Numbered from the stretch's first letter, positions 17,340 through 26,244 are shown. The stretch is 32,000 bases of DNA from Methanosphaera stadtmanae DSM 3091 (GCF_000012545.1 NC_007681.1:1650001-1682000); one strand, 5' to 3'. Made by a program: numbers and translations. The notes: generated by a model from the letters alone, not told the origin.

Positions 17340-18596
17340 TTATTTTTTTTCTGGTGCTGTTATATGTCCAGTAATTGCACTTTCTGCTGCTACTATTGGT
17401 GAACTAAGATATACTTTTCCTTCAGGACTTCCTTGTCTTCCTTTGAAGTTACGATTAGATGTTGATAAACTTACTTCTCCATCTCCAATCACACCCACAT
17501 GTCCACCAAGACATGGTCCACAACATGGATTACAAATTAATGCTCCTGCATCTACAAATATATCCATTAAACCTTCATCTAATGCTTGTTTATAAATTGT
17601 ACGTGATGCTGGTATTACTAATGTTCTTACTCCTGGATTGATTTTATTTCCTTTAAGAACACGTGCTGCTTGTTCTAAATCTTTAAGTCTACCATTCGTA
17701 CATGAACCTATAAATACTTGATCTATTTCCACATCTTCAACTTCACTTGCTGGTTTTACATTATCCACATAATTTGGACATGCAACTTGTGGTTCTAAAT
17801 CTGAAACATCAATATCCATAACTTCTAAGCTTGCTGCATCTTTATCTGTTGTGAATTTTGTATATTGTTTTGTGGTTCTGTTTTTAAGATATTCATCAGT
17901 TATTTTATCTGCTGGTACAATTCCAGTTTTTCCACCACATTCTATTGCCATATTACTTAATACCATACGATCAGACATATCCATATTTTGTACTGTTTCT
18001 CCAGTATATTCACATGCTTTATATCTTGCACCATCTTGCCCTATTTGTCCTATGATATTTAATATTACATCTTTACTTGTAACATTTTCTTTTAAATCAC
18101 CTGTTACATTAAATTGTAATGTTTCTGGTACTTTAAACCATAATTGTCCTGTTGCAAATACCATAGCCATATCAGTTGATCCAATTCCTGTTCCAAAAGC
18201 TCCTAATGCTCCATGTGTACATGTATGTGAGTCACTACCAACTACTATTGTTCCTGGAAGTACATGTCCTTTTTCTGGTAATACTTGGTGACAAACACCT
18301 TCATATACATCATAAAAGTTTTTTATTCCCTGTTCTTTTACAAATTTTCTTAATATTTGATGATTTTTTGCAGCATCTAAAGTATCTGCAGGTACCTGAT
18401 GATCAAAAGGAATTACTATTTTATCAGGATCCCATACTTTATTAGTATTAATTTTTTCTAGTGCTTGTAATGTTAATGGACCTGTAAGGTCATGTACCAT
18501 AGCAGTATCAATATCTGCCATGACTATTTCTCCAGCTTCTACTTTTTCATTGCCAGATGATTTTGCTAATATTTTTTCAGATATTGTCATTGACAT
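17340..18596 (-). CDS. leuC: 3-isopropylmalate dehydratase / homoaconitase large subunit (aconitase family)
   Basis: 418-aa ORF. It has [34 protein letters not shown] and [11 protein letters not shown] (Fe-S cluster cysteines). AGGGGGT lies 9 nt upstream of the ATG. Confidence 0.85.
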   Translation of the reverse strand: MSMTISEKILAKSSGNEKVEAGEIVMADIDTAMVHDLTGPLTLQALEKINTNKVWDPDKIVIPFDHQVPADTLDAAKNHQILRKFVKEQGIKNFYDVYEGVCHQVLPEKGHVLPGTIVVGSDSHTCTHGALGAFGTGIGSTDMAMVFATGQLWFKVPETLQFNVTGDLKENVTSKDVILNIIGQIGQDGARYKACEYTGETVQNMDMSDRMVLSNMAIECGGKTGIVPADKITDEYLKNRTTKQYTKFTTDKDAASLEVMDIDVSDLEPQVACPNYVDNVKPASEVEDVEIDQVFIGSCTNGRLKDLEQAARVLKGNKINPGVRTLVIPASRTIYKQALDEGLMDIFVDAGALICNPCCGPCLGGHVGVIGDGEVSLSTSNRNFKGRQGSPEGKVYLSSPIVAAESAITGHITAPEKK

Positions 18597-19063
18597 TGAT
18601 TTGTTACCCCCTATTTAAGTGTAAATATTTTTAATGATTTTTTTAGTATAATGATTTAAGTGAATCATAATTCAATAGAATTATTGAAAAATAAAATTTC
18701 ACATTATATATATTTTTGATAAACTAACTTATTATTTATTTTGTAATTAATTCTTTACTAGAAAAGTATAAGTATTACAAATTTATAAATTATTATTACA
18801 TAATAATGTATTACAAATATACCAAATCAGTAAAAATAATTGTAGAATTATGCTAAAATGAATATAAAAATATTAGAAATATCCAAAATTTACTAAAAAA
18901 TATATATAAATAAATAGTTATCAAAAGCTACCATAAAAACCTTTATATAAAATATACAAAAACTAAAACAAATGCAAATTATAAATATATTATAATATAT
19001 CTAAATTTTTTATAAATAATAATTATTAAATATTAATATAACTCCCACATAGGAGGATCTAAA

Positions 19064-21445
19064 TTGACAGGAGAAAATGAAGACTACATAAAAGAAAGAT
19101 ATCAAGAAGTTAAAGAGAAAGTAACATACAAAGACTTCTTAAAAGATTTAGAAGATATAAAAATAGAAAATGTTGATGCTCCCTTCCTTACACAACAACA
19201 ATTAATTGATATGGTTATAGAAAAATATGCAGAACATGAAAACATACAACAAACACATACAAATCAAATACAACCCATATCTTCACTTATTGAAGGAAAT
19301 GGAAATATTAGCATACAAGGAAGATTAATATCTATATCCAACATTAAAACATTTACAACAAAAAAAGGTAGAGAAGGAAAAGTTGCCAATCTAACAGTAG
19401 AAGATAATAGTGGAAAAATACGAGTCGTAATGTGGACAGACAATATGAAATACATGAATCGTATAGAAGAAGGAAACATTATAAAAGTAAACAATCTTGA
19501 AGTAAGAAAAGGATACACTGGAGATCTTGAAGTACAAATGAAAAATAACTCATCAATACAAGTTTTACCAGAAGAAGTAGATCCATCCCTACCAAAATAT
19601 GAAGAAAAAATAACTAATCTATCAGACATTACTGAAGATGGTGAATACAACATCATAGTAAGAATCAAAAAAATATCAACACTTCGTGAAATTATAAAAG
19701 GAGAAAAAACTCTACAGATAATTACATTAGAAATAATGGATAAAACAGGAACACTTGAATTTACACTATGGAACAAAGATACAAAACTAGTAGATACATT
19801 AGAACTAAAAGAACATGATACTATAAAAATCATAAAAGCAAGAGCACAACAAAGATATGATCAGATAACATTATCCAATAGTTGGAATGGAAGAATTATA
19901 AAAAATGAATACGATGTTCCAGATTTTGAAGAAGAAATCCTAAAAATAGGCTATGCTGAAGAAAAAGAAGATGTAACAATCATAGGGACAATAACCAAAA
20001 TCTATGATACAATAACATTCACAAAAACAGATGGAAATGAAGGACATGTTAGAAGCATAGAAGTAACTGATGAGACAGGATCTATAAGAGTAACACTATG
20101 GAACAAAGAAACAGAAATTGAAATGAGAAAGGGAGATATCATCAAAATTGAAGGAGGATCCATAGAATTTGATGATTATGCTGGAGATGGATATAGACTA
20201 AATACTGGCTGGAATGCATCAATAACAATTAACCCTGAACTTGATACAAAACTTAGAGAAAAACTTGAACTAGTAGATACAATTGGAATAGTAAAAATAG
20301 AAAACGTTCTAGATTTAAATGAAGACGAAGGTAGAGAAGTAGATGTTGTTGGAAGAATAATTACAACCAATGATACTCGTGAATTTGAAAGAGGAGATGG
20401 AAGTAAAGGACAAATAAAAAGTATTGAATTAGCTGATGAAACAGGAATTGTAAGAACATCACTTTGGGATGAAAAAGTAGATATCACTGAAAAACTTGGT
20501 GATGCAATAAAAATAGAAAATGCACGAACAAGGATTGGACAGGGTCAAATGGAACTAAGTGTAGGTAAATCCTCACGAATAACAACACCTACAGATGAAG
20601 AAATAGTAAACCTACCATCATATGAAAACATTGAACAAGACAGATACAATGATAGAACAATAAGTCAACTTGAAGAAAATGAAACAAACACAAAACTCAG
20701 AGTAAGAATCCTTAACATCAATGAAATAAACACATTTACAAGAACAGATGGAAGAGATGGAAGAGTAAGATCAATATATGTTGCTGATGAAACTGGTGAA
20801 ATACAAGTATCACTCTGGGATGATGATACAGAAATAAAATTCACCAAAGGTTCTGCAATCATAATAGAAAATCCAAATATAACACGACAAAACACCAAAC
20901 TAAGATTATCTATTGGAAATGGAAGTACAATACGTGCAGCAAGACAAGAAGAAGCTGAAAAAATGCTTTCATTAACTGAAATTGAAAATAAACTCTATGT
21001 TGAAAAATACATTGAAGACATAGAAGAAGATGATCAACATATAAAAATTAAAGGAACCATATCAGAAATTAATAGTGAAAAAATCATCTATACTATGTGT
21101 CCAAATTGTAATATTGGAATAACACAAGATGAAAATGGATATATATGTAATGAATGTGGAGAAAAAATAGAAAAACCAAATTATCTAATGATTATATCAA
21201 CAACATTACAAGATGAAACAGGAACTGTTCAAGCAACATTCTTCAGAAAAGATGCAGAAGAACTTATAAGCACAACAACTGAGAAAGTTGTAGCAATATA
21301 TGAACAAACTGGAGATGAATCTGCAATGTCTTCAAAACTTGAAGACATGATTGGACATGAAGTTACAATAATAGCTAATGCAAACTTTAATGAATATGAT
21401 GAAGATATTAGGTTAAATGTAAGACAACTAGTAATAGTAGTATAA
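19064..21445 (+). CDS. rpa: Replication protein A (single-stranded DNA-binding protein) with six OB-fold repeats and a zinc ribbon
   Basis: 793-aa ORF. Five repeats are of the type G..G.V.S(L).V.DETG.IRV.LW (for example GHVRSIEVTDETGSIRVTLWNKE). A sixth carries CPNC...CNEC followed by LQDETGTVQATFF. TTG start 5 nt after AGGAGGAT (19051-19058). Confidence 0.9.
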   Translation: MTGENEDYIKERYQEVKEKVTYKDFLKDLEDIKIENVDAPFLTQQQLIDMVIEKYAEHENIQQTHTNQIQPISSLIEGNGNISIQGRLISISNIKTFTTKKGREGKVANLTVEDNSGKIRVVMWTDNMKYMNRIEEGNIIKVNNLEVRKGYTGDLEVQMKNNSSIQVLPEEVDPSLPKYEEKITNLSDITEDGEYNIIVRIKKISTLREIIKGEKTLQIITLEIMDKTGTLEFTLWNKDTKLVDTLELKEHDTIKIIKARAQQRYDQITLSNSWNGRIIKNEYDVPDFEEEILKIGYAEEKEDVTIIGTITKIYDTITFTKTDGNEGHVRSIEVTDETGSIRVTLWNKETEIEMRKGDIIKIEGGSIEFDDYAGDGYRLNTGWNASITINPELDTKLREKLELVDTIGIVKIENVLDLNEDEGREVDVVGRIITTNDTREFERGDGSKGQIKSIELADETGIVRTSLWDEKVDITEKLGDAIKIENARTRIGQGQMELSVGKSSRITTPTDEEIVNLPSYENIEQDRYNDRTISQLEENETNTKLRVRILNINEINTFTRTDGRDGRVRSIYVADETGEIQVSLWDDDTEIKFTKGSAIIIENPNITRQNTKLRLSIGNGSTIRAARQEEAEKMLSLTEIENKLYVEKYIEDIEEDDQHIKIKGTISEINSEKIIYTMCPNCNIGITQDENGYICNECGEKIEKPNYLMIISTTLQDETGTVQATFFRKDAEELISTTTEKVVAIYEQTGDESAMSSKLEDMIGHEVTIIANANFNEYDEDIRLNVRQLVIVV

Positions 21446-21473
21446 TGATATGAAAATAACAAGGAGAATTTAA

Positions 21474-22409
21474 ATGACAGAATTAGAAGATTTACCAAGT
21501 GTAGGAGAAAAAACAGCACAAAAACTAAGAGATGCTGGATTTGCAGATATGATGAGATTAGCAACTGCAACACCTAAAGAACTTAGTGTAAAAGTAGAAA
21601 TTGGTGAAGGAGTAGCTGCAAAAGTAATTGAAGCTGCAAGAAAAGCTGAAAAAATAGATTTTGAAACTGCATTCGAAGTAATGGAAAGACGTGAAGATGT
21701 TGGTAGAATAACAACAGGAAGTAAAGGTCTTGATGAACTTATAGGAGGAGGAATAGAAACCCAATCTATTACTGAAGTATATGGTGAATTTGGATCTGGA
21801 AAAAGTCAAATATCACATGAATTATCTGTTACAACCCAGTTACCTGTAGAAGAAGGTGGTCTTGATGGTGAAGTAGTATTTATTGATACTGAAAACACGT
21901 TTAGACCTGAAAGGATAGAACAAATAGCTGAAGGATTTGGATTAAATATAGAAGAAGTTCTTAAAAAAATTCATGTTGCAAGAGCATTTAACAGTTCACA
22001 TCAAATTTTAATGGCTGATAAAATCAATGAATTAATACAAAGTGGAGTTAATATAAAACTTATAATAATTGATTCATTAATGGCACACTTCAGAGCAGAA
22101 TATGTTGGTCGTGAATCATTAGCAACACGTCAACAAAAGTTAAATCAACACCTACACACCCTACAAACAATTGCAAACACGTATAATGTAGCAGTTCTTA
22201 TAACAAACCAAGTACAATCAAAACCAGATTCATTCTTTGGAACTCCAACAAAAGCTGTTGGTGGACACGTTTTAGGACACGCATCAACATACCGCATATT
22301 ACTTAAAAAAGGATTATCCGGTAAAAGAATAGCACGTCTTGTAGATAGTCCTCATTTACCTGAAGGCGAATCTGTATTTAAAGTAACTACCGAAGGTTTA
22401 GTAGATTAA
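21474..22409 (+). CDS. radA: DNA repair and recombination protein RadA
   Basis: 311-aa ORF. It has an N-terminal HhH ([20 protein letters not shown]) and Walker [10 protein letters not shown], with the Walker B region LIIIDSL. AAGGAG lies upstream of the ATG. Confidence 0.97.
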   Translation: MTELEDLPSVGEKTAQKLRDAGFADMMRLATATPKELSVKVEIGEGVAAKVIEAARKAEKIDFETAFEVMERREDVGRITTGSKGLDELIGGGIETQSITEVYGEFGSGKSQISHELSVTTQLPVEEGGLDGEVVFIDTENTFRPERIEQIAEGFGLNIEEVLKKIHVARAFNSSHQILMADKINELIQSGVNIKLIIIDSLMAHFRAEYVGRESLATRQQKLNQHLHTLQTIANTYNVAVLITNQVQSKPDSFFGTPTKAVGGHVLGHASTYRILLKKGLSGKRIARLVDSPHLPEGESVFKVTTEGLVD

Positions 22410-22423
22410 ATACATCTACTACA

Positions 22424-22430
22424 TTTTTTT
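22424..22430 (+). terminator. Oligo-T tract (T7) after radA; candidate archaeal intrinsic terminator
   Basis: TTTTTTT lies 15 nt after the radA stop codon. Archaeal RNAP terminates at oligo-T tracts. Confidence 0.45.
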
Positions 22431-22440
22431 ATAGATATAA

Positions 22441-22585
22441 TAGAATGTGCAACAATTCTGTTTTTGGTGTTTTCAATAAGTTTCTTGTTACCTTATTTTA
22501 TAATTATTAAATATTTGTCGGGGTTTGTATAACACAACAAATAATATATACAATTAACAGAGTAAAATAGTTGTCACACTCCTTC
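22441..22585. repeat. Inverted pair of the GTGCRACAAT-type motif (locus 2 of 3)
   Basis: tagaatGTGCAACAATtctg is at 22441-22460. cagagtaaaataGTTGTCACACtcctt is at 22558-22584, whose reverse complement is aaggagtGTGTGACAACtattttactctg. Confidence 0.4.
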
Positions 22586-22712
22586 AACAACAATTAATAA
22601 ATAGAACTTCTCAAAAATAACAATCCACTCAATAAAAAAATAACAATATATAAATAATATAAACAACAAAAATAACAAATAAGGTGATGAGGTTCCACCT
22701 ATTTAACTGCCA

Positions 22713-22783
22713 GTGATTACTGGATGATGACTTCTATTTTTAAAGGTAAAATTAAGTTTACCTATAAATCATCAGATAATCAC
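22713..22783 (+). promoter_or_regulatory. 71-nt hairpin with K-turn geometry, either in the 5' leader of the antiporter gene or a separate small RNA
   Basis: A 7-bp stem GUGAUUA/UAAUCAC pairs 22713-22719 with 22777-22783. Next comes a 3-nt bulge CUG (22720-22722), then tandem G.A/A.G (22723-22724 opposite 22775-22776). A 6-bp stem UGAUGA/UCAUCA pairs 22725-22730 with 22769-22774. After an asymmetric internal loop, an apical 7-bp stem AGGUAAA/UUUACCU pairs 22744-22750 with 22757-22763 around a 6-nt loop. Confidence 0.45.
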
Positions 22784-22872
22784 AAAATAGGATTAGGAGT
22801 TACCATGCAAATTTATAGGAAATTAACTTATTTTATCTTTAATTTTAAAAAAAAATTAAGGAGACTATAAAC

Positions 22873-24000
22873 TTGATTAGTGATATTTACCCAGTTATAC
22901 TTGCAATACTAATAATACTAGCAAGTATGATTTCCATAAAATGGAGCATATCCATTTCAATTGTTGAAATAATAATGGGCGTAATTGCAGGAAATCTAGG
23001 AATATTACATGTTGAACCATGGATGATATACATAGCAAGTGTTGGAGGAATGGTTTTAACATTCCTAGCAGGAACAGAAATAAACATACAAATAATGAAA
23101 TCAAATCTAAAAGAATGTATAAGTATAGGGATAGCATCATTCCTACTAGCATTTATAACAGTATTCATAACATGTAACTACATACTATCATGGCCACAAC
23201 AATCATCATTACTTGTAGCAACAGCACTTTCAGAAACATCAATAGCCATAGTATACTCTGTAATAATAGATAAAAACCTATCAGAAAAAAAATTAGGAAC
23301 AATATTAATGGGTTCAACCTTCATAACAAACATATGTACAGCAGCAACACTAAGTATATTGTTTATGAAACCTACAATAGAAACTCTAATTTTCATAATA
23401 ACATCAATAATAATACTAGTATTTGCATATAAATATTCAGATATACTATTTGAAAGTAAAACATTTAGTATGAATAAAAATGAAATAGAACTAAAATATA
23501 TATTCCTACTACTAACAATATTAATATTCTTTGCAACACTAGGAGGAGGACAAGCATTATTACCCGTATTCATATTAGGAGCGCTACTATCAAAACAATT
23601 TACACATACAAATAAAAATGACATGCTAACAAGACTACAAACAGTATCATTCACAATATTCACACCAATATTCTTCATTGTAGGTGGAACAAAAGTTTCA
23701 ATACCTATAATAATATCAACAATAGGAATATTTTTATTAATATTTGTTGTAAGACAAGTGGGAAAATTCATAGGAGTATACACAATAGTAAAAAAAAGTT
23801 TATCAAAACACCACATGTATATTACTATGATAATGAGTACAGGTTTAACATTTGGATTAGTAGCAGCATTATATGGTTTAAATAATCATATTATTCCACA
23901 ACATATCTACAGTATATTAGCAGGAGTATTAGTTTTAAGTGCCATATTTCCAAGTTTTATTGGAGATAAATTCTATGCACCATCATTTGAAGAATTATGA
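22873..24000 (+). CDS. Cation:proton antiporter (CPA2 / Na+-H+ exchanger family membrane domain)
   Basis: 375-aa ORF that is hydrophobic throughout (about 11-12 TM segments). Its pattern fits the Na+/H+ exchanger family. TTG start 9 nt after AAGGAG (22858-22863). Confidence 0.8.
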   Translation: MISDIYPVILAILIILASMISIKWSISISIVEIIMGVIAGNLGILHVEPWMIYIASVGGMVLTFLAGTEINIQIMKSNLKECISIGIASFLLAFITVFITCNYILSWPQQSSLLVATALSETSIAIVYSVIIDKNLSEKKLGTILMGSTFITNICTAATLSILFMKPTIETLIFIITSIIILVFAYKYSDILFESKTFSMNKNEIELKYIFLLLTILIFFATLGGGQALLPVFILGALLSKQFTHTNKNDMLTRLQTVSFTIFTPIFFIVGGTKVSIPIIISTIGIFLLIFVVRQVGKFIGVYTIVKKSLSKHHMYITMIMSTGLTFGLVAALYGLNNHIIPQHIYSILAGVLVLSAIFPSFIGDKFYAPSFEEL

Positions 24001-24188
24001 AGATAATTTTTCATTTTACTTTTTTTCATAGGATAGACATATATTCTACTAAAACCAAAAAAATTACCGTGAAGTTAGTCTAAACTAAAAATCATATTTT
24101 CACACAATTATAATTTAAAATTCGGAATAATTTTAGGTTAATCAAAAAAATAAAATTAATAATTTAGTTTAATCTAAAATAAAGCACC

Positions 24189-24196
24189 TTTATATA
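24189..24196 (+). promoter_or_regulatory. TATA box (TTTATATA) for the 24242 gene
   Basis: It is an exact match to the methanogen TATA consensus, 46 nt upstream of the ATG. That spacing would give a 5' UTR of about 20 nt containing GTGA (part of the anti-16S SD). Confidence 0.4.
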
Positions 24197-24241
24197 TTAA
24201 TTAAATAATAACAGTATAACAACAACTAGTATAGTGAAAAT

Positions 24242-24532
24242 ATGATAACCATTAATGAAAATGATTTAAGAAAATTAGAAAAATATTATAAAGCAAATCC
24301 TTCATATGAATTAGTGGATTTGTTAGTTAATGAATTAGCAGATATTTTAGAAAAATCAAGTGGATTACAAACAGACATATACCAAGATATGGATGAAAAA
24401 ACATATTACAGACTATACTCCGGATGTAGTGCAGTAGAAGTATATGTACAAAATAATATAATACAAATAGACTTTGATATGGGATGGCAATTAAACCAAT
24501 CATTACAAAGTCAAAACAATCTCCCATTATAA
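24242..24532 (+). CDS. Hypothetical small acidic protein (96 aa)
   Basis: ORF with its own TATA box and a weak SD. I recognise no motif. The antisense ORF 24327-24542 is Leu/Ile/Phe-rich shadow sequence. Confidence 0.55.
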   Translation: MITINENDLRKLEKYYKANPSYELVDLLVNELADILEKSSGLQTDIYQDMDEKTYYRLYSGCSAVEVYVQNNIIQIDFDMGWQLNQSLQSQNNLPL

Positions 24533-24583
24533 CTAGAGACATTCGTTATCTAAACATTATAAGGGGAATTTATTCTTTTTAAA

Positions 24584-25240
24584 TTAATTTTCTTTAGGTT
24601 TAGTTCTATGACCTTTCTTTCTAATAACTTCCCGAATAATAAGATCCATAGGTGTACGTTTACCATGAGCAGTACTTTTACCCTTTTTAATATATTTTAA
24701 CAATGTATCCACAGAATCAGTTACAGGAATCTCAGTATAACAACATCCTATTCCCTCAACAAAATGAGCATCACTCGCTCCAATCTCAGGAATATTATTT
24801 TTATTAGAAACTTTTTTACTAAGATAATTAGATATTCCAAGAATATATCTTGAATTTTTCGTTTCCATAGCATCAACATCTAATGATTGTGTAATATTAC
24901 CAAGACCACTCCTATAATAACAATACGGGTGTGCTGCTATAGCAATTCCAGCATTATCATGAATTTCGTCAATTGTTTCTTCTGGTGATTGAAGAGGTTT
25001 TATATAATCAGTTATTCCCAAAGCAACAATATGACCTTTTGAAGTACTAACTTCCTCACCAGGAATTAATAACAAATCATCATGTTCTAATTCTCTAATA
25101 GCCCAAGTACCTTTTATTTCATCATGATCTGTTATAGCTATTGCATTAAGACCTATTTTTTTACTGTATTTAATAATGTTCTCAAGAGGAGTAATTGAAT
25201 CTTTTGAATACTTACTATGAATATGTGTATCAATCTTCAT
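24584..25240 (-). CDS. PHP-domain metal-dependent phosphoesterase
   Basis: 218-aa ORF. MKIDTHIHSKYSKDS, AIAITDHD, GEEV...GHIVALG, AAHPY and ASDAH are the His/Asp ligand motifs of the PHP fold. Confidence 0.85.
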   Translation of the reverse strand: MKIDTHIHSKYSKDSITPLENIIKYSKKIGLNAIAITDHDEIKGTWAIRELEHDDLLLIPGEEVSTSKGHIVALGITDYIKPLQSPEETIDEIHDNAGIAIAAHPYCYYRSGLGNITQSLDVDAMETKNSRYILGISNYLSKKVSNKNNIPEIGASDAHFVEGIGCCYTEIPVTDSVDTLLKYIKKGKSTAHGKRTPMDLIIREVIRKKGHRTKPKEN

Positions 25241-25392
25241 TTAAAAACCTTCTAAAATTATGACCTAAATTATATTATAAATATTGAATTAATCAATAAT
25301 ATATTTAATAGTAAAATAATTAAGATTAATAATAAATATTAAATTAAATAAGAATGCTGAAAACATGATAAATATCTAAATTGAGGAGTTTT

Positions 25393-26178
25393 ATGAAAAA
25401 TATATTAAAAGAATTAATTGATGGCAAAATTTCTATTTCAGATGCTGAAGATAAATTAAAAATCATGCAAATACAAGAAATGGGTAGTCATGTTAAGTTT
25501 GATACTATGCGAGAAATAAGAGTTGGTGTTCCTGAAGCTATTTATTCACAAGGAAAAACCGATGAGGACCTAATAAACATAATCAACAATATTGATTTTA
25601 CAAAACATTTAATGATAACAAGATTACCAGAAGAACGTTTTAATAGAATAAAATATCAGTTAAACAAAAACGTTTTAAAAAATGGAACATACTACAAAGA
25701 AGCATGTATATTAACTATTAATAAAACAACTCCAAAGGAAAAAAAAGGTACAGTTGGCATAATTACAGCAGGAACTGCAGATGTTCCAATAGCAGAGGAA
25801 GCCAGAATAACAATAGAACAAGCAGGTTATAAAACTATACCAACATATGATGTAGGAGTTGCAGGAATACATAGATTAATAGATAAAATCACATATCTTA
25901 TTGATAAAAAAACAGATATTATCATTACAATAGCAGGAATGGAAGGAGCATTACCATCAGTTGTAGCAGGAATTGTAGACATTCCAGTAGTTGCAGTTCC
26001 AACATCAACAGGATATGGAGTAGGTGAAAAAGGATTCACAGCATTATTTGCTATGCTACAATCATGTGCACCTGGAATTGCCACTATGAATATAGATAAT
26101 GGTTATGGAGCTGGAATATATTCTGTTACAATATTAAATCAAATAGAAAAAAGAATTAAAGACATGACAGAACAATAA
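25393..26178 (+). CDS. larB: LarB-type PurE-like carboxylase/hydrolase (nickel-pincer nucleotide cofactor biosynthesis family)
   Basis: The ORF is 25381-26178. I prefer ATG 25393 because GAGGAG (25383-25388) lies just upstream. It has GVPEAIYSQGKT, GIITAGTADVPIAEEA and IAGMEGALPSVVAG...VPTSTGYG. Confidence 0.8.
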   Translation: MKNILKELIDGKISISDAEDKLKIMQIQEMGSHVKFDTMREIRVGVPEAIYSQGKTDEDLINIINNIDFTKHLMITRLPEERFNRIKYQLNKNVLKNGTYYKEACILTINKTTPKEKKGTVGIITAGTADVPIAEEARITIEQAGYKTIPTYDVGVAGIHRLIDKITYLIDKKTDIIITIAGMEGALPSVVAGIVDIPVVAVPTSTGYGVGEKGFTALFAMLQSCAPGIATMNIDNGYGAGIYSVTILNQIEKRIKDMTEQ

Positions 26179-26244
26179 ATTTAGGAATGTAGTCAATGAT
26201 TTCAAGTGTAACATTCTTGAAGATATAATATTAAAATAGCAATC

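Noticed and set aside
22684-22776. Box C/D sRNA interpretation (GUGAUGA at 22684, GAUGAUGA at 22723, CAGA at 22773)
   Set aside because: No canonical CUGA D or D' boxes lie at the required spacing of about 12 nt after the C or C' boxes. The C'-like box to CAGA distance is about 42 nt and contains a stable hairpin. I kept only the K-turn hairpin description.
22713-22790. H/ACA sRNA interpretation (hairpin followed by ACA at 22782-22784)
   Set aside because: The K-turn sits at the base of the hairpin, directly on the basal stem. In archaeal H/ACA guides it sits above a pseudouridylation pocket. The ACA overlaps the stem rather than following it.
23178-23816. Long antisense ORF (212 aa) opposite the antiporter gene. 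Similar shadows occur at 19264-19833, 20176-20487, 16281-16703, 17851-18291, 13511-13915, 8532-8861, 9792-10055, 29124-29504, 25827-26084 and other short track ORFs inside larger genes.
   Set aside because: Each lies fully inside a longer ORF on the other strand or frame that has clear family motifs and an SD. AT-rich genomes with biased codons generate long stop-free antisense frames. The translations are Ser/Phe/Ile/Leu-rich with no motifs and no SD.
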